Positions 38,198-47,619 of a DNA stretch of 50,673 nucleotides are shown in pieces; position 1 is the first letter of the stretch; each line of letters begins with the position of its first letter. Source of the DNA: Candidatus Hydrogenedentales bacterium (lineage in GTDB: Bacteria; Hydrogenedentota; Hydrogenedentia; Hydrogenedentales; CAITNO01); assembly GCA_041859375.1 (NCBI GenBank), contig JBHEKP010000150.1:1-50673 (forward strand), written 5' to 3'. The position numbers were made by a program, and so were the translations under genes. The notes beneath the pieces were generated by a model. It ran no database searches, had not been told where the DNA came from, and saw nothing but the letters and a program-made list of their open reading frames with translations.

Positions 38198-41152
38198 ATG
38201 AACATTTCCCCCACCCCCCCAAGGGACCGCCGCTTCCTGCCGCATTGCGCCGGGGCGCTGCTACTTGCAGTGCTTCTTGCGGCTTCCCTGGGCGCCTGCA
38301 AAAAGAAACCGGATGTGGTTGCGCCGGCCAATGTCACAAACTTCACCGCCGTGTCCGGTGACGCCCAGGCGGTGCTGGCCTGGACCAACCCCGGCGACAC
38401 GGATTTCACGGGGGTGCTCATCAAACGGAAGCTCGGCGGCTATTCCGAATCACCCACGGACGGCGAAACGGTGCTGGACGACACATCAACCACCCTTGCC
38501 GACACCGGCCTGGAAAACGGGAAAACCTATTATTACACCGCCTTTTCCCATGACGCGGCGCTGAACTATTCCCCGGGGGTGCAGGCCGCCGCGCTGCCCA
38601 CCAGCAATGCGGCGTCACCGAACATACTGGTCGGCTACTCCGACACGAGGGACGCCCTCGACGGAGAGCCGGGCGGCGCGCTGCCCGACGCCGAGGCGGC
38701 GGCGCTGGCGGAAATTCTGGGCCGCTCCGAAGAGGCCTACCGCGCGGGTGATCCCTGCGGGGCGGCGGGCATTCTCAGGGAGTATGAGGAGGCCGCGCAG
38801 ACGGGCCGGGGCGGATCCGCGGACGTTGCGGCCAGGGGGGTGTACGAGGAGCTGTACAACCTGGGCCGCCGCCTGCGCTATGACATGCGCGCGCCCGGCT
38901 CCCCCTGCGACGGCGAGTCCCGTGTGGGCCTGGAGGCGCTGGCGCTTGTGGACGAGCAGACCAGCGACAACACCGGTTTGGAAACGGAGATCAGCTTCGG
39001 CGAGCCGAAGGTGCAAACCATCCTTGCGGGCGGCGAGGTGTTCACGCGCATGGACATTCCCGGCGCGGACGCGGACACGGGACGCCCCGGATTCCCCGCC
39101 GTGCCGATTCTGCGGCGGCTGGTGGCCGTTCCGGAGGGCGCGGAGGTGATTCCCGAGGTCACCGTCCATGCGGGCGAGACCATTGCGGCGAACCTTGCGC
39201 CGGCGCAGTTCCAGCCGGTGGACCAAAGCCGGCAGGATCAGGACCCCTCCGGGCCGCCCGATCCCCAGACGTTCCAGGATCCCGTGTTCACGAAAGATCC
39301 CGAGATATACGCCGCCGACCGCCCCTGGCCGCCCAATGCCGTTTCGGTGAGCCCCGCGGGCAGGTCGCGCGACGTGAACTACCACATCATCGAGGTCGCC
39401 TCGGGCCAGTACAACCCGGCCTCCGGCGAACTCACACTGTTCGACAGGGTGGACGTGAAAATATCCTTCAAGGGCGGCAGGGGCTTCTTTGCCACCGAGG
39501 TGATGGACAGTCCCTTTGAAAGCCGGCCGGACGTGTTCACGGGCGCGGCCCTCAACGGATCCGCCATTCTGGGGCATCTTGGCCCCCGCGGAATCACACC
39601 GCTGATCACGGGCGAGGAGTTCATGATTCTCACCCATCCCAATTTCCGCGCCGCGGCGGACGCCCTCGCGGCTTGGAAGAACGAGAAGGGCATCATGACC
39701 CGCGTCTTCGAGGTGGGCGGCGGCACGGATTACGCCACCAACACGGCGATTGCCGGACTGATAAAGGACGAGTACGAAAACAGCATGATCCGCCCGTCCT
39801 ACGCGCTGCTCCTCGGCGACGCGGAGTTCATTCCGACGTGGTACATCACCGCCAACCAGCCGGGGCTCGTGGGCAGCGCCACCATCGGCACGGACTACCG
39901 CTACGCCTCCTTCACCGGCGTGCTGGCGGGCGTGTTCCCGGACATCGCCGTGGGGCGCATTCCCGTGGACTCGCTGAACGACGCCAACACGGTGGTGAAC
40001 AAGATCATCAACTATGAAAAAACCCCGCCGGGCTTCGCCAACAGCGCGTTTTACAGCAACGCGGCCATCGCGGCGCAGTTCCAGTGCTGCCGCAAGGACA
40101 CGGCGCAGGCGGGCCTTGACCAGCGCACCTTCATCGAGGTTTCCGAGTTCGCGCGGAACGTGATGAACGCGCGCGGCAAGACGGTGCAGCGCATTTACAC
40201 GGAGACGGTTGACGGGGGTTGCGCCGACTGCACCCCGCCCTCGGCGGCCTACACCGGCGACAGCACCCCCAGGAAGTATTTCGACGGCACCGCGCTGCCC
40301 GCCGACCTTGCGCCGGGCGGCGGTTTCGCATGGTCCGGCGGCAACGCCGACATCGTCAACGCGTGGAACGCGGGCCGGTTCCTCTTCATCCACCGCGACC
40401 ACGGCTGGCCCGGCGGCTGGGGCAACCCGCCGTTCAGCTGGGCCGACGCCTCCGCCCTCACCAACGGGGCGCTGCTGCCGGTGGTGTTCAGCGTGAACTG
40501 CGCCAGCGGGCTCTTTGACAACGAGACCGCCGGGGGCGCGCTGGGCTCGGTGGCGAACGCAACCTACTTCGCCGAGCGCCTGCTGATCAACCCCAACGGC
40601 GGCGCGGTGGGTGTGCTTGGGGACACGCGCAACAGCCCGAGCTGGGCGAACTCCGCCCTGATGCGCGGGTTTATTGACGCCATCTGGCCCGCGGCCGTGC
40701 CGGGTTTCGGCGGTGACAAATCCAAGCGCCGCCTGGGCGACATCCTGAACCACGCGAAACTCTACCTCTTCACCCAGGCGGGCGTCGAGGGCACCGGGGT
40801 GTCCTGGGCCGACACCGGCGACGAGCTGCGTCTCTGGAACTGCCTGGGCGATCCGACCCTTGAGCTGTGGACGGCGTTCCCCTACACCCTGACGATTCCC
40901 GTGCCCTCAAAGGTGCTTTACCTGAACGGCGTGCTCAACATCACGCACAGTGTGGAGGGCGCGGTAATCACCGCCACCCAGCCGACCCGGCTCGGCGGGC
41001 CCCGGGCCGTGGGCCGCGCCGTGGTCAAGGGGGGCACCGCCGTGATGGAGTTTTTCCAGGAGCCCAACCTGCAGAGCCCCATCCAGTACGCGGTCAACCT
41101 TGACGACAGTGTCAGCGTGGCGGCGGAGCTGGAGACTGAATTCACGAACTGA
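38198..41152 (+). CDS. Peptidase C25 (gingipain-like) lipoprotein with N-terminal fibronectin type III domain
   Basis: Lipobox LAASLGAC and an FN3-like segment (NFTAVSGDAQAVLAWTNPGDTDFTGVLIKR...GKTYYYTAFSHD). C25 catalytic-domain pattern: LLLGDAEFIPTWY, DIAVGRIPV, FIHRDHGWPGGWG (His) and VVFSVNCASGLFD (Cys). Confidence 0.8.
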   Translation: MNISPTPPRDRRFLPHCAGALLLAVLLAASLGACKKKPDVVAPANVTNFTAVSGDAQAVLAWTNPGDTDFTGVLIKRKLGGYSESPTDGETVLDDTSTTLADTGLENGKTYYYTAFSHDAALNYSPGVQAAALPTSNAASPNILVGYSDTRDALDGEPGGALPDAEAAALAEILGRSEEAYRAGDPCGAAGILREYEEAAQTGRGGSADVAARGVYEELYNLGRRLRYDMRAPGSPCDGESRVGLEALALVDEQTSDNTGLETEISFGEPKVQTILAGGEVFTRMDIPGADADTGRPGFPAVPILRRLVAVPEGAEVIPEVTVHAGETIAANLAPAQFQPVDQSRQDQDPSGPPDPQTFQDPVFTKDPEIYAADRPWPPNAVSVSPAGRSRDVNYHIIEVASGQYNPASGELTLFDRVDVKISFKGGRGFFATEVMDSPFESRPDVFTGAALNGSAILGHLGPRGITPLITGEEFMILTHPNFRAAADALAAWKNEKGIMTRVFEVGGGTDYATNTAIAGLIKDEYENSMIRPSYALLLGDAEFIPTWYITANQPGLVGSATIGTDYRYASFTGVLAGVFPDIAVGRIPVDSLNDANTVVNKIINYEKTPPGFANSAFYSNAAIAAQFQCCRKDTAQAGLDQRTFIEVSEFARNVMNARGKTVQRIYTETVDGGCADCTPPSAAYTGDSTPRKYFDGTALPADLAPGGGFAWSGGNADIVNAWNAGRFLFIHRDHGWPGGWGNPPFSWADASALTNGALLPVVFSVNCASGLFDNETAGGALGSVANATYFAERLLINPNGGAVGVLGDTRNSPSWANSALMRGFIDAIWPAAVPGFGGDKSKRRLGDILNHAKLYLFTQAGVEGTGVSWADTGDELRLWNCLGDPTLELWTAFPYTLTIPVPSKVLYLNGVLNITHSVEGAVITATQPTRLGGPRAVGRAVVKGGTAVMEFFQEPNLQSPIQYAVNLDDSVSVAAELETEFTN

Positions 41153-41163
41153 GGCAAACACGC

Positions 41164-41202
41164 GGGCCGGAACCGGGTGCCCGGTTCCGGCCCGTTTTTT
41201 TT
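41164..41202. terminator. Strong terminator between convergent genes
   Basis: GGGCCGGAACCGG-gtgc-CCGGTTCCGGCCC (13-bp perfect stem) followed by G + T8. Confidence 0.9.
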
Positions 41203-41217
41203 CGCGGGGGGACGGGC

Positions 41218-41823
41218 CTACGGCTGGCCGTGGCGGGGGTGGTTCACCTTTGCGTTGGGCAGCTCAAACAGGGCGTTGATGCGGTCGCGCAACTGCTCCA
41301 CCGGGAAGGGCTTTTTCAGGAAATCATCGAAGCCGTGGTCCGACAGGGCCTTGATTTCCGGCTCCTCAATGTAGGCCGCCGTGCCGAGCACGCGGGTGTT
41401 GCGCGTTTCCGCGCGGTTCTTGATCCGCTCGCAGACCATGCGCCCGTCCATTTCGGAGAGGTGCACGTCCAGGATGACCACCTGCGGGTTGTGCTCCACC
41501 ACCATGACGCCCGCGTCAAACCCGGAGGAGGCGGTCATGACGGAATACATCTCCTCGCGGGCCAGCACCGAGGGGATGGAGTCGAGATAATAGGGGTCGT
41601 CGTCAATCACCAGCACCCGCCGGTCGCCCTCCTCCAGCCGCTCCAGCGGAATGCCGTGGCTGAGCATGAATTTGCGCAGGCTGAGATAGGGGATGCGCCG
41701 GTCGCCGCCCGGCCCGAGCCGGTAGCCGTCAATCTGTCCGAGATCGAACCAGCGGGAAACCGTGTCGGCGGACACGCCGCAGATGAGCGCCACCTCGCCG
41801 GTGGTAAAAACGCGATTTTTCAT
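41218..41823 (-). CDS. Response regulator: excisionase/MerR-type HTH (HTH_17) fused to a receiver domain
   Basis: Start at MKNRVFTTGEVALICGVSADTVSRWFDLGQIDGYRLGPGGDRRIP. Receiver motifs are RVLVIDDD, VILDVHLSEMDG and LKKPF. No kinase gene lies nearby. Confidence 0.8.
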   Translation of the reverse strand: MKNRVFTTGEVALICGVSADTVSRWFDLGQIDGYRLGPGGDRRIPYLSLRKFMLSHGIPLERLEEGDRRVLVIDDDPYYLDSIPSVLAREEMYSVMTASSGFDAGVMVVEHNPQVVILDVHLSEMDGRMVCERIKNRAETRNTRVLGTAAYIEEPEIKALSDHGFDDFLKKPFPVEQLRDRINALFELPNAKVNHPRHGQP

Positions 41824-42006
41824 GACATTCCCTTTTCCGGGTATTCTTGATCCCCCGTGTATGCGGGGTATGCGGGATTGGCTAAAAATGTACCACGCCC
41901 CCGGACGGGCAGTCAACGGGCGCGGACGCGGCCGGGGGGCTTTTGCCTTGGCCGTGCCGGTTTCTGTATTGTGACGGGCGAACGCCAACAACAGGGAGAG
42001 TCCGTC

Positions 42007-44334
42007 ATGGTGCCGATGCTTTGCCTTGGAGTGCTGCTTTCCGCGGGCGCCGCCGCGCCGGTCGTGGCCGGTCCGTCCGCCATCCTTTACGCGCGCGAGC
42101 TCGCGGACGGCGGCATCGCCGCCGCCACACCGGGGGAATACCATTTCTGGGTGTGGGCCGCGCCGGGGGGCACGGCGACCCTGACGGTGGGCGGCCGCGC
42201 CCTGGAGGCGGCCGTGCCCAGGCAGGAAAAGCAGGAGCGGGGGCAGGAGGCAATGTGGGCCTATGCGGGCGCGCTGAAGCTGGACAGGGAGGCCGCCGCG
42301 GTGAAACTGGACGGCGCCTGGGCGGTGGCGCTAAGCGCCCGCAGGGACTATGATCCCGCGCTGGTGATGGCGGACATGCGCGCCGTGGAGGGGCCCCGCG
42401 CGGTGGACGACCGGCGCGTGCGCCAGCTTCGGCACACGGACACGGTGTTCATGATGCCCCAATACCGGAGCCTGGAGGAATGGACGGCAAAGGCCGACGG
42501 CATCCGGCGGCGCATGCTGCTGAGTTCCGGCCTGGTGCCGGAGCCGGAAAAGACGCCGCTCAACCCGCAACTCTCCGGTCTGATTGATCACGGCGACTAC
42601 ACGGTGGAGAAGGCGGCCTTTGAGGTTGTGCCGGGCTTTTTCTGCACGGGCAACCTTTACCGGCCCAAGGGCGACGGGCCCTTCCCGGCGATTGTGAACC
42701 CCCACGGCCACTGGCAGAGCGGACGCCTTGAGGACTCGGAGATGTGCTCCGTGCCCGCACGCTGCATCACCTTCGCAAAAATGGGCGCGGTGGCCTTCAC
42801 CTACGACATGGTGGGCTACAACGACAGCCGCCAGTTTGTCCACCGCTGGGGCGGGGAGCGGGAGAAGCTCTGGGGCGTGCACCCCTTCGCTCTCCAGCTG
42901 CTCACCAGCATCCGCGCCGTGGATTTTGTCAGCGGCCTGCCGGGGGTTGACCCCGCGCGCATCGGCTGCACGGGCGCGTCGGGCGGCGGCACCCAGACCT
43001 TCGCCCTTTACACCGCCGATCCGCGCATCGCCGCGGCCGCGCCGGTGAACATGATCTCCTCCACGATGCAGGGCGGCTGCGTGTGCGAGAACGCGCCGCT
43101 CATCCGCTATTCCAACTCGAACATGGAAATCGGCGCGATGATGGCGCCGAAGCCGCTGCTCATGGTGGCGGCCACGGGCGACTGGACCCGCGAGACGCCC
43201 CGTGTCGAATACCCCGCCATCCGGAGCGTCTACGCCCTTTACGGCGCGGAGGCGAAGGTGGAAAGCGCCCAGTTCGACTACGGCCACAACTACAACAAGG
43301 ACAGCCGCGAGGCGGTGTACCGCTTCTTCGGAAGGCACCTGATCGACCCCAATCGCGACTGGACCGGCTTCACCGAGCCCGAACACAGGAAGGACCCGGA
43401 TGAGGCGCTGCGCGTGTTCCCCGGCGAGGGCCCGATGGAGGGCTACAAGAGCATGGGCCAGCAGGAGGTCATTGACGGATTCATCGCCCGCAACAAGGCC
43501 AAGTGGGACGCGGTGCTCCCCGCCGACGCCGGCGGGGTGAAGGCCTTCCAGGAACAGTACGGCACGGTCCTCGCCGACGTGCTGGGCGTGGCCCCGCCCG
43601 ATCCGAACGGGTTGCGCTGCGAGCGCGCGGGCCGCGCCGCGGAACGGGAGGGCTGCATGGCCGAGCGCTGGGTCATCAGCCGCGCGGCGCAGGGCGACGC
43701 GGTGCCCGCGGTGCTTTTCCGCGGAAGGGACAACACACCGCAGGACGCGGTGATCCTCGTTCACGGCGCGGGCAAGGCCGCCCTGATCGACCCGGAAAAG
43801 GGCGGCCCCGGCCCCCTGGCCGCCGCGCTTGCGGCGAAGGGGAAGGCCGTGCTGGTCATCGACCCCTTCCTGGCGGGGGACCACCAGCCCCCGGCGGAAA
43901 GCCGCTCCCGCGACGCCATGAAGGTCGGCGTGTTCCCCTTCCTCGACACCTTCGAGCCCACGGACGCCGCCTGCCGCGTGCAGGACGTGCTCACCGCCGC
44001 CGCGTTCCTCCGGGCGCGCCGCGACATGACGGGCCGCATTGAGCTGGCCGGGCTGGGCGGCGCGGGGGTCGCCTGCCTCCTCGCCGCGGCGGTGGATCCG
44101 GGCATCGCCGCCGTGGCGGCGGACCTGGAAAATTTCCCCCTGGACGACGACGACGCCTGGGTGCGGGACAACTACATCCCCTGCATCCGCAGCGTGGGCG
44201 ACGCGCGCACCGCCGCCGCCATGATTGCCCCCCGGCCGCTGACGCTTTGGAACGTGAACGGCGCGGAGGGCATCGGCCGCTACGGGGCGAAACTCCTTTC
44301 CGGCGCGCCCGCGCCGGGGGATATGCTGCCGTGA
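42007..44334 (+). CDS. Secreted alpha/beta hydrolase (acetyl-xylan-esterase / dienelactone-hydrolase-like)
   Basis: Start at MVPMLCLGVLLSAGAAAPVVAG. The nucleophile elbow is GCTGASGGGTQT, after FPAIVNPHGHW. A second hydrolase-like segment is VILVHGAGKAAL. Confidence 0.75.
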   Translation: MVPMLCLGVLLSAGAAAPVVAGPSAILYARELADGGIAAATPGEYHFWVWAAPGGTATLTVGGRALEAAVPRQEKQERGQEAMWAYAGALKLDREAAAVKLDGAWAVALSARRDYDPALVMADMRAVEGPRAVDDRRVRQLRHTDTVFMMPQYRSLEEWTAKADGIRRRMLLSSGLVPEPEKTPLNPQLSGLIDHGDYTVEKAAFEVVPGFFCTGNLYRPKGDGPFPAIVNPHGHWQSGRLEDSEMCSVPARCITFAKMGAVAFTYDMVGYNDSRQFVHRWGGEREKLWGVHPFALQLLTSIRAVDFVSGLPGVDPARIGCTGASGGGTQTFALYTADPRIAAAAPVNMISSTMQGGCVCENAPLIRYSNSNMEIGAMMAPKPLLMVAATGDWTRETPRVEYPAIRSVYALYGAEAKVESAQFDYGHNYNKDSREAVYRFFGRHLIDPNRDWTGFTEPEHRKDPDEALRVFPGEGPMEGYKSMGQQEVIDGFIARNKAKWDAVLPADAGGVKAFQEQYGTVLADVLGVAPPDPNGLRCERAGRAAEREGCMAERWVISRAAQGDAVPAVLFRGRDNTPQDAVILVHGAGKAALIDPEKGGPGPLAAALAAKGKAVLVIDPFLAGDHQPPAESRSRDAMKVGVFPFLDTFEPTDAACRVQDVLTAAAFLRARRDMTGRIELAGLGGAGVACLLAAAVDPGIAAVAADLENFPLDDDDAWVRDNYIPCIRSVGDARTAAAMIAPRPLTLWNVNGAEGIGRYGAKLLSGAPAPGDMLP

Positions 44335-45173
44335 GCGCAGCCGGTGAAGGATTGGCGCGCGACGCCCTGCTCCACATCACCGACCTGCATTTTTGGAAGG
44401 TGACCTGGAACCCGCTGCGCCTGATGGGCAAGCGCTTTCTGGGCAACGCCAACCTGTGGCTGCGCCGCCGCCGCCAGGTGAACATTGACCTTGCCGAAAC
44501 CACGGCGGACCTGCTGTGCGCCTCGGGCGTGCGGTGCGTGGTTGCGGGCGGCGACCTCACCACCACCTCGCTGGCGGAGGAGTACGCCCGCGCGGCGGAA
44601 TTCCTTGACCTGCTGGCGGCGCGCGGGCTCCGGGTGTGGGCCATTCCCGGCAACCACGATGTGTACACCTTCGGTTCGGCCCGGAGGGACCTGTTCCGCC
44701 GCTTCCTGGGGCGCTTCATGCCCGGCGACGCCCTGCCCGTCCGCGTGGCGCTGCCCGGCGGCACGCCCCTGATTTTCGCCCCCACCACCTGCCCCAACCT
44801 GATCACCTCGCGGGGGCGCGTCACCCGCGCGGAAATCGCCGAAACGGCCCGGCTCGCGGCGGACAGCCCGCCGGGGCCGGTGATCGTCGCGGGCCACTAC
44901 CCGCTCCTGTTCAAAACGGACGCCTACCACGAGCAGCCCACCCACCGCCTGCGCAACGCCGCCGCGCTGCGCGACGCCCTCGGCGAAACGGGGCGCACCC
45001 TCCTTTACCTTGCCGGGCATGTGCACCGGTTCAGCGAAACCACCGACGCCCGCCACCCCGCCATGACCCACGTCACCAGCCCCGCGCTCTTTTACAGCCG
45101 GGGTGGCGGCTACTCCGAAATCACCGTGCGCGACGGCGGTTTCCAGGTCCGGCTCCGGCGCACGGGCCCCTGA
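44331..45173 (+). CDS. Metallophosphoesterase (calcineurin-like)
   Basis: The GTG start overlaps the upstream stop (GTGA). Motifs are HITDLHF, GGDLTT, IPGNHD, GHYPL and AGHVHRF. Confidence 0.85.
   Translation: MSAAGEGLARDALLHITDLHFWKVTWNPLRLMGKRFLGNANLWLRRRRQVNIDLAETTADLLCASGVRCVVAGGDLTTTSLAEEYARAAEFLDLLAARGLRVWAIPGNHDVYTFGSARRDLFRRFLGRFMPGDALPVRVALPGGTPLIFAPTTCPNLITSRGRVTRAEIAETARLAADSPPGPVIVAGHYPLLFKTDAYHEQPTHRLRNAAALRDALGETGRTLLYLAGHVHRFSETTDARHPAMTHVTSPALFYSRGGGYSEITVRDGGFQVRLRRTGP
45155..45173. repeat. Direct repeat (left, att-like): last codons plus stop of the metallophosphoesterase gene
   Basis: CCGGCGCACGGGCCCCTGA matches CCAGCGCACGGGTCCCTGA at 47555..47573 at 17/19. Both sit exactly at the GC-content breakpoints of island 3. 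Confidence 0.6.
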
Positions 45174-45411
45174 ACGGGAAGAACCAAAGACATTGACAAA
45201 TCACAACAACCCTGATAGTTTACTGGCAAGTCGTGACAAGAGGGGGAGGTTGGCATGGCGTTGGGCCGCAAAAAAGGGAACCAGATGGTGAGAGAGGATA
45301 TTTTTACGGATGTTCGGGTTGTCAAAAGTGCATCGTATACCAACTCTGGAAGGCATTAAAACGATTTTTAGAAAACTAAATATATGCACAACGAGCAAGA
45401 AGGAAAGTTCC

Positions 45412-46311
45412 GTGAAAAATAATTTTGGCAAGTCAACAAATGTCTGCAACATATTTATAACATCAGTTGTGCTGCAAATTATCATCCATATAAATACGTT
45501 ATCGATTGCCAACGCAGATCAATTATATATAGAAAATCAAAAAGAATTAGACGAATATTATAATAATGCAATAGAGCGATTTTGTTTGGGAAAACACGGT
45601 GAACTAATATGTCCAGAAAGAAATCAACAAAAGCATTCTAATGTTTTTGCAATAAAATCAAGTGACAATTCGATAATTCTATATCTAAAGCATAATAATA
45701 AAATATTCATATTCGGAAGAGTAGATAACTCAAACAACATAACATACTCAAATATAGAACACTTTTCCAATTTACTTAAAAAGCCGTTTTGCGGTATAAA
45801 AAAATGGCCCAGCTCCAATAATTTTGAAGACGCGCACAATGGGGGTAAAAACATATTTTCAGATTTGTCGTCGTGTAAAATACCAAACAAACCAGACAAT
45901 TGCATAATGATTGCTTACGCGACTTGGAGCAATAGTATATACTTTAGCCGGAATGAAAATATTATGTCACCATTTCCAATCTGGCTAATAAAAAACAATA
46001 TTAATGACATATCGATAATATCGTCAGAAAATCCAAATATTACTATAGGAGAGATCAAAAAGACAGAACACAGAAATAGAATATACGCAACAATAAAATT
46101 TTATCATACAATAGATTTTTCCGCAATCAACAGCAATAAATACAAGAAATATACTCAAGAAGTATATCCATACTTTGACTTCAACGAAGGTCTGAAATTG
46201 CCCCCAAGTGGATTAATTTTGAACCCTATGTGTCCGTTAGTTGATACATACAAAGTATTTTACAATAAACATGGAGCGGTGGAATATGTTATGGAACCGC
46301 TTCGCGACTAA
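45412..46311 (+). CDS. Hypothetical secreted protein (island 3, paralog 1)
   Basis: The preferred start is GTG 45412 after AAGAAGGAAAG, giving signal peptide (M)KNNFGKSTNVCNIFITSVVLQIIIHINTLSIANA. An alternative ATG lies at 45310. Confidence 0.6.
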   Translation: MKNNFGKSTNVCNIFITSVVLQIIIHINTLSIANADQLYIENQKELDEYYNNAIERFCLGKHGELICPERNQQKHSNVFAIKSSDNSIILYLKHNNKIFIFGRVDNSNNITYSNIEHFSNLLKKPFCGIKKWPSSNNFEDAHNGGKNIFSDLSSCKIPNKPDNCIMIAYATWSNSIYFSRNENIMSPFPIWLIKNNINDISIISSENPNITIGEIKKTEHRNRIYATIKFYHTIDFSAINSNKYKKYTQEVYPYFDFNEGLKLPPSGLILNPMCPLVDTYKVFYNKHGAVEYVMEPLRD

Positions 46312-46501
46312 ATTTTCCCTGTATATGGATGTCCGGAACATGGAGGTTTACAGTGCTAAAGACATCGCCAAATTGGTGCTGCGTGCCAACGACTACCAAC
46401 TCTCGGCGCTCCTGCTGGTTCTGGAGCATGGACACCGACAGACAAGGAGAGTGTGCGGAGGAATATTGCGCAGATGAAATGCCAACACCGAGAGACATAA
46501 T

Positions 46502-47344
46502 GTGAAATCAATTGCACTGTGTTTAAATAAATTTTTCGGATTATATTGCTTAACTATTGTATTGATTATGTCCTCCGAATTGGCATATGCCACAAATAAA
46601 ATAATAGATGATAATGATAAATTCTCCATGGCCAAATCAATTGGGTTCTTCTATGTTGGAAAATATGGAGAATTGATAATGCCAGACAGTGAAGTTGTGC
46701 ACAGTAATTCTATAGTTCGCGTAACACGGAACAAACAGGGTGGATTAAATTTATATTATTCAGTGCTTGCCTTTGAATATAAACTTTGCGCCAAAGTTTC
46801 AAAAAATGGAGAATTCGTGCCTTTGAAATATACTGTGCATTGTAAGTCGGAGAAAGATTATTGTGGACCAACAAAATGGTTGCACTATGACAAAGACGGA
46901 CTTCCGGCATTTCCCCGGGCAAAGTGTATGCTTGCAGATTATTCTAAATTACAGAAAATAGGTGACATGCCAAATGATACGATAGGTGTTGTCTACATAT
47001 TGGAAAGAGGTGATTATTATTTTGGCAATCTTTCTTCTCCGCGTCATCCTAAAGCGATATGCTGGGTGGTAAAAAATAATGATAATGGATTTGTATTTAT
47101 TGACAACGAGGACAAAGATAACAATATTGTGTTGCGAGTCGATGGAAATAGAAAAGCTCACTGGATGGGTAATGCTTCGATCGAAGCAAGAGATTATTGC
47201 TATTGGATATATACAGACATGACAACAAAGCAACCATGTCTTCCTAAATATGGTACAATAATTAGTAATTATGAATGCTATCCAGAATCCCAAATTATAT
47301 GGAAAACCGCAGAAGGTCATTTTTTTGCTGAAGAAATTCAATAG
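46502..47344 (+). CDS. Hypothetical secreted protein (island 3, paralog 2)
   Basis: GTG start with signal peptide KSIALCLNKFFGLYCLTIVLIMSSELAYA. It shares GK(H/Y)GELI(C/M)P, C-G-x-x-K-W and W-(L/V)-(I/V)-K-N-N segments with 45412..46311. Confidence 0.6.
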   Translation: MKSIALCLNKFFGLYCLTIVLIMSSELAYATNKIIDDNDKFSMAKSIGFFYVGKYGELIMPDSEVVHSNSIVRVTRNKQGGLNLYYSVLAFEYKLCAKVSKNGEFVPLKYTVHCKSEKDYCGPTKWLHYDKDGLPAFPRAKCMLADYSKLQKIGDMPNDTIGVVYILERGDYYFGNLSSPRHPKAICWVVKNNDNGFVFIDNEDKDNNIVLRVDGNRKAHWMGNASIEARDYCYWIYTDMTTKQPCLPKYGTIISNYECYPESQIIWKTAEGHFFAEEIQ

Positions 47345-47554
47345 CATAAAAGGAACCTAATATGAATATTTTCAACTCTCGTCATCCAGTTGTACTGGGA
47401 GACACTTATTATTTTTGAATTTTTTTACCACATTCCATTCCCCTTAACGGCATACAAGTCATAATAATACAAAAAAACACCATTTTGAGGGTAGACGCGT
47501 CCGGAAGCGCAAGAAGCCGCCTCGATGCTTTGCAGGAACCGTAGTATTTCCCTT

Positions 47555-47573
47555 CCAGCGCACGGGTCCCTGA
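47555..47573. repeat. Direct repeat (right, att-like): remnant copy of the gene 3' end
   Basis: Partner of 45155..45173. It reads ...QRTGP* in frame, mirroring ...RRTGP* of the intact gene. Confidence 0.6.
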
Positions 47574-47619
47574 GGGCGGGGTTGGAAAAACTTCCCTCCG
47601 CGCCGTCTTTTTGGCCATA

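Larger units (their letters stand above)
45174..47554. mobile_element. AT-rich island 3 (two paralogous secreted-protein genes, no mobility genes)
   Basis: GC is ~30% against ~70% in the flanks. The island is bracketed by the 19-bp direct repeat. Confidence 0.6.

Noticed and set aside
46340-46477. 45-aa ORF (MEVYSAKDIAKLVLRANDYQLSALLLVLEHG...) in the mid-GC spacer between the two island 3 genes
   Set aside because: It has no RBS and no recognisable domain, it overlaps the end of listed ORF 46241..46477, and it is too short to support. It may be a relic of a GC-richer gene.
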